This document shows, piece by piece, positions 18,379-26,281 of a DNA stretch of 64,000 nt. The notes beneath the pieces were generated by a model. That model did not search any database. It was not told where the DNA came from and worked only from the letters and a program-made list of their open reading frames with translations. Source of the stretch: Alphaproteobacteria bacterium (GTDB taxonomy: Bacteria > Pseudomonadota > Alphaproteobacteria > UBA828); assembly GCA_963667785.2 (NCBI GenBank), contig CAXXMU010000001.1, positions 416,001 through 480,000 on the forward strand, read 5' to 3'. Position 1 is the first letter of the stretch. Every line of letters starts with the position of its first letter. Position numbers and translations under genes: made by a program.

Positions 18379-20025
18379 ATGAAGCGGATCACATGCATCG
18401 CAGCAGTTCTAGCCGTTCTTTCCCTCGCCGCCTGCGGCGGAGGCGGCGGCGAATCGACAGGGCTCACCCAAGCCGAGAAGGAGGCCGCAGAACAGGCGGC
18501 CCGCGAGGAAGCCGAGCGCCAAGAGCGGGAGCGTCTGGAACGCGAGGCTCGAGAGAGGGCCGAACGCGAGGCGGCAGAACGAGCGGCGGCGCGACTGGCC
18601 TTCCCGTTAGAGGCGTGGAGCGGGACCTGGTATGACGCCGAGCAGAACATCACATGGTATCCCGCAGCCTTTGGCACCCAGCACTACGGCATCTCTCGCG
18701 TCGCGCCCTTCGCCGCTTCCGACGCCCAGCATATGCCGACCTACCACGACAAGGGGGTTGGCGGCGGGCTCGGGCTGGAAGCACCGGAACGTCGCTTCTT
18801 CGTCGGCGTGGACCAGGGGGAGAAGACCACCGACTACTTCACGGTCGGCGGACAGGTCCATTCCATCGTCCGCTCGTCCGGCCTTGCTGACCTTCCCGTC
18901 GTCAGCGAGCGCGACGCTATCGCGGTAAGGCATGGCAGCCTGAGCGACGGCGCCGGGCGCGCGGCGGTTGTCGAATACCTGCGCGACGCCAGCGCAGGGT
19001 CTGCCTCTATCCCGCTCTGGCAGAGCCCGCCTGAAGTGCGCTTGGTCGGAACCTCGACTGCAGCCGAGAGACAGCGCCTGATCTCCGCCGTGCAGCTCCT
19101 GAATGCTGCCCTCCCCGAAGGCGCCAAGCTCACAATGGGCACATCCTCGCAGGCGAGGGATGAGGGCATCGACGTGGAGTTCGTCGACTGCTATGGGCCG
19201 CGTCATTCGTGCGGCGGTGGCACCGCAGCAGCTACGGAGTTCACCCGGAAGAGCGATGGCCGGATCGAACACTCATACATCGTGTTCAGCCGAGAGACCG
19301 TTTCATACGGCCGTGAACGAGAGACGGTGATCCTGCTGGCTCACGAGCTGATGCACTCTCTCGGGCTGTACCATGCGTCTTCGGCTACCTTCGCCACCAT
19401 CTTGGAGGGCACTGGTGCGATCCACCATACCGAGCAGGCAGGCCAGCCACAGCCGCTCTCGCTGCTCTATTCGATCGACCGCGAGGCGTTGCGAGCACTC
19501 TATGGGGAACTCGAGATCGGCGATGGCCCCGAGGACCTCGGCCCCTGGAGCGCTAACTCCATGCACCTTGCCGGCAACGGTCCGCACGCGAATTTCGGCG
19601 TGGCGCTGAGGAATGGCTATGTGGAGCCCTGGGCGCACGGTTACCTGCCGGACACCGACCTCGCGTCCAACAGTGCGCTGTTCGGCTCCGCGACATGGAC
19701 GGGCACCTTGCTCGGCTTCTCCGGCCAGGCCCCCGTCGCGGGCGATGCCGAGATCGGCGTCAACCTCGCCACCATGGGCGGCACGGCAGACTTCACCCGC
19801 TTGGAGAGCTGGGCGGCCGGAGCAGCGCCTGGTGAGGCGGGAACCGGCGCGACATGGCTTGATGGCGACTTGGGCTACACGATCGCGGTGCGCGGTAACA
19901 CCTTCCGGGAAACGGGCGGTGATGATGGTAGACTCACGGGGATCTTCACGGGCCAGTCCCATGAAGGTGCCGCAGGCACGCTGGAACGCCAGGACCTCAC
20001 GGCCGCCTTCGGCGCGTCTCGCTGA
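18379..20025 (+). CDS. Lipoprotein with a metzincin zinc-peptidase motif and C-terminal beta-rich (TbpB-like) domain
   Basis: Lipobox LAAC-GGGGG, E/R/A coiled coil, HELMHSLGLYH, ATWTGTLLG...GIFTG..HEGAAGTL...AAFGASR. Confidence 0.82.
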   Translation: MKRITCIAAVLAVLSLAACGGGGGESTGLTQAEKEAAEQAAREEAERQERERLEREARERAEREAAERAAARLAFPLEAWSGTWYDAEQNITWYPAAFGTQHYGISRVAPFAASDAQHMPTYHDKGVGGGLGLEAPERRFFVGVDQGEKTTDYFTVGGQVHSIVRSSGLADLPVVSERDAIAVRHGSLSDGAGRAAVVEYLRDASAGSASIPLWQSPPEVRLVGTSTAAERQRLISAVQLLNAALPEGAKLTMGTSSQARDEGIDVEFVDCYGPRHSCGGGTAAATEFTRKSDGRIEHSYIVFSRETVSYGRERETVILLAHELMHSLGLYHASSATFATILEGTGAIHHTEQAGQPQPLSLLYSIDREALRALYGELEIGDGPEDLGPWSANSMHLAGNGPHANFGVALRNGYVEPWAHGYLPDTDLASNSALFGSATWTGTLLGFSGQAPVAGDAEIGVNLATMGGTADFTRLESWAAGAAPGEAGTGATWLDGDLGYTIAVRGNTFRETGGDDGRLTGIFTGQSHEGAAGTLERQDLTAAFGASR

Positions 20026-20152
20026 CATCGGGAGGGAGACCATGACTGAACGAACCAGCGGCCCCGACCTGCTCACCCTGGCGATGCGCCGCGCGCACGC
20101 CGAGACGGCAGAAAGGCGGGAGCCGGAGCCCCCGCCCGATGCCGAAGATGTG

Positions 20153-20419
20153 TCAGCCGCGGATGCAGCTAACGGTGACGATTGAGCCGTCGATGAGCTT
20201 TTGCTCGTTGATCCGCGCGCTCAGCCATCCCTGGCGAGCCGCGCCTATCACTACGGCCTCGATCACGTGAGGGCTGGCGTCGGGAATGTGAGGGGCGAGG
20301 TCATCGACGCTGTTAAACTCGCGGTCTCGACAGACCGCGAGAATTTCCTGAAGCAGCGATGTCTGAGTCACTTCTTGGACTCCATCGTTGGAGGCCAGCT
20401 TGACCGCACCCTTCGTCAC
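20153..20419 (-). CDS. Small hypothetical protein, possibly winged helix
   Basis: Helix-helix-helix-strand pattern only. Confidence 0.35.
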   Translation of the reverse strand: MTKGAVKLASNDGVQEVTQTSLLQEILAVCRDREFNSVDDLAPHIPDASPHVIEAVVIGAARQGWLSARINEQKLIDGSIVTVSCIRG

Positions 20420-20469
20420 TGCTATGGGGAGAACAGCTAAGGCGCGGCCGGCCGGAGCTCGGATGAACC

Positions 20470-20503
20470 CAACGCCCTCGGGACCCCAATCCCGGGGGCG
20501 TTG
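20470..20503. terminator. GC-rich hairpin downstream of dcd
   Basis: CAACGCCCTCGGGA...TCCCGGGGGCGTTG stem; no strong U-tract. Confidence 0.4.
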
Positions 20504-20527
20504 CCGTTCTAACGGGATTCGTGGGAA

Positions 20528-21127
20528 CTATGGCGGGGGCGCCGCTGCCGGAAAAGGACGTTCTTGGCGCTGAAATCCGTCTTTCGGCTTTGCGCCATAA
20601 GCGAGTTCCTCGGGAACCGCACTCGATAGAACAAAAAAAGTGATTTGGCATGGTCGATCTTTGATTGGTGTCAAATCTATGGGGAAACTACCGCTATTCA
20701 TAAGTTCTAAGATGATCCTTCCTTGCCATCCCGGCTGTATCCAAGGGGCCGTTTGATGCATACTCAATCCCATGCGCGCATAGCTACTGCGTCCTTCAAC
20801 TCTCGCAATCAAATGCCTGGGAACGCAGACCTCTTCATGTGTCCTTGCGAGAATGAACTCGCCCGGCTGTATCGTATAGCATCGTTGATTCCCAAAGCGA
20901 TCAGGCTCCTCCAAATCATCCTCGTCCCAGAGCTGCGCATCCGCCACTGCTCTGATTCCTTCCACTAGTGATACTCTTATCCCGGCTATTTTCTTGAGCT
21001 TCGTAAACTGATACCCCAGTCTAAGGTCAATAGAAGCCTCACCCCATTGACCTTCTTCCAGTTGAGGAGAAAAAGCGATGCTGCCGTCGGCAACACGTGC
21101 ACGAAGCTCAGCGTGAGACAAGATCAT
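20528..21127 (-). CDS. dcd: dCTP deaminase (trimeric dUTPase-like fold)
   Basis: MILS, ASIDLRLG, IQPGEFILA.T.E, EGRSSYARMGL, IQPGWQGRIILEL, CQITF. Confidence 0.9.
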   Translation of the reverse strand: MILSHAELRARVADGSIAFSPQLEEGQWGEASIDLRLGYQFTKLKKIAGIRVSLVEGIRAVADAQLWDEDDLEEPDRFGNQRCYTIQPGEFILARTHEEVCVPRHLIARVEGRSSYARMGLSMHQTAPWIQPGWQGRIILELMNSGSFPIDLTPIKDRPCQITFFVLSSAVPEELAYGAKPKDGFQRQERPFPAAAPPP

Positions 21128-21408
21128 GGATAGCTCTCCACCATCTGTTGAGAGAAGTAAGCAATTCCCGTAGTTGTGAAGAATGATCCAGGGACGCGGA
21201 CAACCACAGTGTCTTGTCCGACTTCTTGGACGGTCCCCACGATATACTTCTTCCCTGCATCATCCTCCGTCACAAAACCGGCTTCAATGAACCCAGAGAT
21301 CACCCCATCTGCGGTCTCTACGGTGATCAGGTATTCGTCCCTGAATGCACCATTTTGGGTTGTGCAGGGAATCTTGAGCTTCGTGCCTGGACGCATTTCG
21401 GCCGACAT
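21124..21408 (-). CDS. Small all-beta hypothetical protein coupled to dcd
   Basis: Stop overlaps the dcd start (ATGA); GAGGA RBS upstream. Confidence 0.75.
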   Translation of the reverse strand: MSAEMRPGTKLKIPCTTQNGAFRDEYLITVETADGVISGFIEAGFVTEDDAGKKYIVGTVQEVGQDTVVVRVPGSFFTTTGIAYFSQQMVESYP

Positions 21409-21668
21409 TTCTGAGTCCTCTCATTCTCATTGTGGGGGGATTTGTTCATCAGAGCCTCCGTTCGGGGAGGCGCTTGACGACGCACGTGGAGATGCTACGT
21501 TCATCCCGTTCGCCGTTCCGCGCGCCACCCAAGGTCTGCGCGGGACCATCGTGCAGGGGGTCGGGCGCCATCCCGACCCCTTGCGCTCTCGATGGCTATT
21601 CGATTCGCACCATATTGTCCTTTGGCACGAGAAAAATCACAAGAACGCGGGCGTGCTCTCAATCCCAA

Positions 21669-22661
21669 TCATCGCGACGCGGACCTCGCGCCGCTCGACA
21701 GGCCGTTGTCCGCGATCAGCGTGCGGTACGCCAGATGCTTGCCGATCATGTGCGTGACCGCGGCTTCCATCTGGTCGATGGTGTCAGCCTCGCGCACGTT
21801 GTGCCGGCCTGAGAACTCGTTGATGTAGCGCTCCAGGTGCTTCGGGGACATCTTGTGATAGATGCCCTGATGCCCGCGCTTCAGCATGGACCAGAACGAC
21901 TCCATGCCGTTCGTGTGGGCCTGTCCGCGGACATACTCGCCGGCCGAATGGTTCACGCTCTCGTGGTCGAAGAAGCGATCGAGCACGTTGTAGGCCGCGC
22001 CTTCATCCGTGTACACCGTAGCGCCGAGCCGGGTCTTCTCCGCGACGAAGCCCGCAACGTGCGGCGCATCGGTGTGCCTGACGTGCCGGGCCGCGACCCG
22101 GTTGGTCTCGCGGTCCTTGGCTCCGACCACTGCGGCCTTGCCGACCGCGCCCCGACCCGAGAGCTCCGCGCGCTTCGCCTTCGGCATGTTCTTGCGCTTC
22201 CCGCCCATGTAGGTCTCATCGGCCTCGACCGGCCCGCTGAACGGATCGGCGCCGAAGTCTTCGGTCCACGCCTCGCGGAGCCGGTGCAACATGAACCAGG
22301 CCGTCTTCTGCGTGACCTTCAGATCCCGGTGGAGCTTCACGCTGCTGACGCCCTTGAGGTTCGTGACGTAGAGGTAGACGGCGAAGACCCACTTGCGGAG
22401 CGGCAGGCGGGAGCTCTGCAGCATCGAGCCGGTGCGGACGCTGAAGTATGACCGGCACGACTTGCACCAGTAGGGCATCGGCTTCGCGTTCGGGACTTCC
22501 TTGGTCTCGGTCGATCCGCAGTGGCCGCAATGACGCTCGCCGTCAGGCCAGCGTGTGTCCTCGAACCACTTGATCGCCGAGGCTTCGTCCGGGAACATCT
22601 CGCCCAGCTCGATGACAGAGATTCCTTCGCGGTGGGCCTTTCCGGGTGCTTTGCGGGCCAT
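21669..22661 (-). CDS. IS1595-family transposase
   Basis: CGHCGS..CKSC, VEADETYMGG, VYTDE, HTNGMESFWSMLKRG; start taken at MARKAPGK. Confidence 0.96.
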   Translation of the reverse strand: MARKAPGKAHREGISVIELGEMFPDEASAIKWFEDTRWPDGERHCGHCGSTETKEVPNAKPMPYWCKSCRSYFSVRTGSMLQSSRLPLRKWVFAVYLYVTNLKGVSSVKLHRDLKVTQKTAWFMLHRLREAWTEDFGADPFSGPVEADETYMGGKRKNMPKAKRAELSGRGAVGKAAVVGAKDRETNRVAARHVRHTDAPHVAGFVAEKTRLGATVYTDEGAAYNVLDRFFDHESVNHSAGEYVRGQAHTNGMESFWSMLKRGHQGIYHKMSPKHLERYINEFSGRHNVREADTIDQMEAAVTHMIGKHLAYRTLIADNGLSSGARSASR

Positions 22662-22686
22662 TTCTTGTCTCCCTCTCAACACCCTG

Positions 22687-22715
22687 AATGTAGGCGCTTA
22701 TCCCCCGTTTGTCAA
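22687..22715 (-). promoter_or_regulatory. Sigma70-like promoter of the E3 transposase, with -35 in the IR
   Basis: TTGACA-17bp-TACATT. Confidence 0.7.
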
Positions 22716-22856
22716 GGTCGGTATATAATCCCCCAAAAAAGGGCCATCCGCTTTGCGCCGACGGCATCCTTGAGACGCCCGAGTGTCCGGTAGAACCGGG
22801 CGAGGTCCGCGGCCCTCGAACTGGCGTCGGTCGATCCCATCGTCAGCACCTCGCCG

Positions 22857-23024
22857 TCAATCGGCGGTGATCTCGATTCGCCTCTTCCAGACCGCGATCG
22901 CTCGATCGACCCGGTCGGAGGCAGGATCGAGGTCGTCGAGATGGGTGCTCAGGCAGACCCCTAACCACTCTCGCGCGAGCCCCGCCAAACTGGGGCACAT
23001 GCATTCGTCGATCAGGAACTTCAC
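22857..23024 (-). pseudogene. Truncated PIN-like (DUF5615) toxin
   Basis: GTG start gives MKFLIDECMCPSLA...; only 55 aa long. Confidence 0.6.
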
Positions 23025-23071
23025 CCCGCCGTGCGCGCCGCATCAAAGTACGCGTCGTCCGAGAGCACCCG

Positions 23072-23300
23072 CTAGCGCGAGCGCCAAAAGGGCGTGTTCC
23101 AGGAACGGCCCCGACGCGGATAGGCCTGGTCGTAGAGGACTGCGGCTTCGATCTGTTCCTCCGTGCGCACGGGCAAGGCGTCGCGGATGGTGCCGCTGCT
23201 TTCGCCATTGGCGAGTATCTCGGCGATGTCATGAGCCAGAATGAGGGTTTCGCTGCCGTAGGAAGTGTCCGCGAGCATGGCGTCATAGATCATAATCGCC
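23072..23300 (-). pseudogene. DUF433 antitoxin remnant
   Basis: IAEILANGES..TIRDALP..TEEQIEAAVLY...YPRRGR; lies upstream of the PIN remnant. Confidence 0.6.
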
Positions 23301-23339
23301 TCATGTAGCTCACGGGAAGTTTTTTCCCGCGTGTGCCTT

Positions 23340-24515
23340 CTACTTTGCAACATTGAAGTTTTGCATCAACCAAGCTTGAACAGAACTTAGAGTGGATAAA
23401 TTGTTGCCCCGTAGTATCGCTACGATATCCGCACCCGATATAACAACGATAGGATGTTCATCCTCCTTGATTTCACGATAAGCTTGAAGGTTGACATAGC
23501 TGGTCGTCACCAGAATACCAAACTGTCGATGTCGCAATCTGGAAATCAAACGAGACATATCTCTAACGCCTACTCCCGTTGACGTGTTATAGCACTTTGC
23601 TTCAAGCGCGAAATCAACCAAAATCCCTGATGCTCCGCTTCCAATGCGCAGCTTCCCAATTGCATCTCGACCTCCATCCCGAGAGGGTCGGGTCAAATCG
23701 ATTTCAGCGATATCGGGAAGTGACAGCGTTGCTATTGACGCTGCACAGCGCTCAAATGCATGAAAATGATCCTGAAAATGGTCATGGATTCTCTTCAGGA
23801 TTGCGCGGTCTTGGAAATTCTCGGGAATTTGCTCTAGTTTGGTTCTGTACTCGAGCGATCTGGTGGCATGCAGTGTGCGATGCACTCCAGTCTCAACCCA
23901 ACTCATCCAGGCTGGTGGGGCTTTAGGAGAGTGTAGGTTCCCGGCGATGATATCTTCGATCCAGTCTCTTGCAAGAAAAGACTCATTGAGGACCGAAAAA
24001 CGGGCGCGGTAATTCTGGAATCGACTGCCCTTGGAGATCCTCCATACAGCTACGAGATCTTCTGATGCGCGAAGGTCTGCGGTTCCAGGAACAGCCAAGC
24101 CGAGGAATACGACATCTCTCCATTCGCCCGTGTTTTCGAAAAGAAAGATTGGAGGCACCTGCTGGCGTCCCTCCACACCTGAATGAGCTAGGTCAAAAAT
24201 GCGTCGAAGAAGCTCGTTACCCTTTCTGGGAGTTTCGTGCAGTCTACGACCGGGACTTTTGTTGTCGCCGTAATATGTGTAAACGCCAGTTTCCCTGTCG
24301 AGTGCGTCCGGCCAGTCCGGATCCCTTCCTGACGATGTCAGCACAACCAGCTCCAGTGCGTCGACCTTTCCTCGATACCTGAAGCCACCGGAATTGCTCA
24401 CATTCAGAAGGCGAGGGAGAGGATCATCTCCTGCATGGCGGTTGCGCCCACCCTGATACACCGCATCGACTATGAGATCTGTAGAACGAGAGTCTGAGAA
24501 AGGCACAATCTGCAT
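23340..24515 (-). CDS. AspBHI/MspJI-family 5mC-dependent restriction endonuclease (SRA-like plus Mrr-cat)
   Basis: DLIVDAVY.GG, GGFRYRG, WPD.LD.ETG.Y.YYGDN..PG, RFQNY, RDGGRDAIG, FALEAKCY, SRLISRL.HRQFG. Confidence 0.9.
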   Translation of the reverse strand: MQIVPFSDSRSTDLIVDAVYQGGRNRHAGDDPLPRLLNVSNSGGFRYRGKVDALELVVLTSSGRDPDWPDALDRETGVYTYYGDNKSPGRRLHETPRKGNELLRRIFDLAHSGVEGRQQVPPIFLFENTGEWRDVVFLGLAVPGTADLRASEDLVAVWRISKGSRFQNYRARFSVLNESFLARDWIEDIIAGNLHSPKAPPAWMSWVETGVHRTLHATRSLEYRTKLEQIPENFQDRAILKRIHDHFQDHFHAFERCAASIATLSLPDIAEIDLTRPSRDGGRDAIGKLRIGSGASGILVDFALEAKCYNTSTGVGVRDMSRLISRLRHRQFGILVTTSYVNLQAYREIKEDEHPIVVISGADIVAILRGNNLSTLSSVQAWLMQNFNVAK

Positions 24516-24567
24516 GTCTGTGTCCGGCGTCTGGGCTATTGGGGCGGCGCCAAAATGGGGCACTTTG

Positions 24568-26280
24568 CTATTGAATTGCCTTTGGATCGTCTGATGCTGG
24601 GGTCATGCCGCGCATGCGGTTGAGCACCTTCTCGGTACCCACAATGACCAGATGAGTGCGAGCTCGGGAAAGCGCGACATAGGGCAGTTCTTCGTTGATG
24701 ACGGTCTCCGGCGTTGCAGCGATGACGACGACCGGGCGTTCAAGACCTTTGAACCGCCTTATGCTGTCGACGACTATTCGTCCTTCGCACTGATCCTGGC
24801 AGCGAACCGTACGAAACCCGCCCAGTCGGTCGCCCGGCGCGATCTTCTCAATCGCGGTTTCGGTGGCTGTGAGGACGGCTATGTCGTCCGGAGGCACGTG
24901 CTCAAGAGAACACAGACGCTCCACGCAGTCGGAGACAAGTTTGCCCAGCTCGTCTGGCTTCTTGATCATAGCCCAGCGAATTTCCACGCCCTCTGGTCCG
25001 ACAGCATCGACTTCGTGGCCTGTGTAATGCTGCCGGACCAATTCGTGTATCCGCCGTGTGTTACGCAGGTTGAGGGTGAGACGGATGGGGATCAGGGAAA
25101 CCTCTTCGGGCAGTTCGTTGGCGCTGGCGTATACCCGTTGGTTGTTGTCGTAAAATATTCGAAGCAGCCCCGGCCCGTCCGGGTCCAGACCTGCCTGCAC
25201 CGCCGTCCACCAGAGCGGCAGAAAATCCTGCCCCTCGTCAACGATGACCGCATCGTATCGCTCTTCTTCCAGGCGGTCGTAAGCCTGCAGAAGAAGTTCC
25301 GGCCAGACGTCGTCGAACCGTTCATCTTCTGGACTACCGGCTGGAGGCGCGATTGCGGCGCGCGCGGTCAGAGTCTCGCAGAGCTCATGAAATGTCATGG
25401 CGGCCACTGGCGGCCCGTCCTTCAGGCGGTGGCGGATGTCCGTCGCCAAGCCGCTGTTGTAGCAGATCAACAGGGTGCGGGCGCCGCGTTCGGCGCAATG
25501 TCTGGCTTCCTCCAAGGCCAGCACGGTCTTGCCCGTTCCCGCTGCTCCGCTTATCGCGGCTCTAGGTACGGCCTCGATTGACCGCAGTATGTGGAACTGC
25601 TGCTGGGTAAGAACCTGCAGCGCTGCGTCGTCCTGGGAAAGCAGCGTCCGAAGCGGCATGCGCAACTGGAAGGGTTTCGCGAGAATTTTCTCTAGCGCCT
25701 GAAGTCCGTCAGGGCCCATTTTTCTGGTGCGCCCTTCATCTGCCGGCGTGTCTCCAAATCGCTCGAGAATCCAGTCCCCGAATCCAGCCTCGAAGGTTTC
25801 CGTGAAGCAGAATATTCGCTGTGGCAAGTCTGCGCCGAGATCGCCAGGCAGCGCTGACGAATGCGCTAGTACGACTCCATGCCGGGCTCGAATGCGGCGG
25901 GGCTTCCAGTGCGGAGACTCCTTCAGCTTTCTCAAGAGCTCGTGTTTGGCGCTTCGGGCCTGCTGCACCGGATTCTTGATATTATGTGTGACCTTCCATC
26001 GATCACGGCTTGTCCAGCGATCCGAGCGAGGGTTGTAGGCAACCGCGCCGCCCTTCACCTCAAGCGTGAGCATTCCCAGTTCGGCGTGTGCGATGACGAA
26101 ATCGCATTCGCCGTCAATTTCCTCCCCGTCCTGACTGAGGCCGAGCCAGGGCCGCGAATAAAAGACAACGAAGGAGTCGTCCAGCACAGCTTCCAGCCGT
26201 CTGAACACGTCGCACTCGGTGCTGCGCAGCGTATTGCGCGTGACGTCTGGTGGCAGCGTCCGGGGCCACATCACCGCCAT
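24568..26280 (-). CDS. NERD nuclease fused to an SF1 helicase/ATPase
   Basis: GECDFVI...LEVKGG, NPVQQA, GAAGTGKT, VDEGQD, FKGLER, YVALSRA. Confidence 0.9.
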   Translation of the reverse strand: MAVMWPRTLPPDVTRNTLRSTECDVFRRLEAVLDDSFVVFYSRPWLGLSQDGEEIDGECDFVIAHAELGMLTLEVKGGAVAYNPRSDRWTSRDRWKVTHNIKNPVQQARSAKHELLRKLKESPHWKPRRIRARHGVVLAHSSALPGDLGADLPQRIFCFTETFEAGFGDWILERFGDTPADEGRTRKMGPDGLQALEKILAKPFQLRMPLRTLLSQDDAALQVLTQQQFHILRSIEAVPRAAISGAAGTGKTVLALEEARHCAERGARTLLICYNSGLATDIRHRLKDGPPVAAMTFHELCETLTARAAIAPPAGSPEDERFDDVWPELLLQAYDRLEEERYDAVIVDEGQDFLPLWWTAVQAGLDPDGPGLLRIFYDNNQRVYASANELPEEVSLIPIRLTLNLRNTRRIHELVRQHYTGHEVDAVGPEGVEIRWAMIKKPDELGKLVSDCVERLCSLEHVPPDDIAVLTATETAIEKIAPGDRLGGFRTVRCQDQCEGRIVVDSIRRFKGLERPVVVIAATPETVINEELPYVALSRARTHLVIVGTEKVLNRMRGMTPASDDPKAIQ

Positions 26281-26281
26281 G

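Larger units (their letters stand above)
18157..22734 (-). mobile_element. IS1595-family element E3 with passenger genes
   Basis: IRs GGGGGATTATATACCGAGCTTGAC (18157-18180) and GTCAAGGTCGGTATATAATCCCCC (22711-22734), 23/24 match. Confidence 0.92.
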
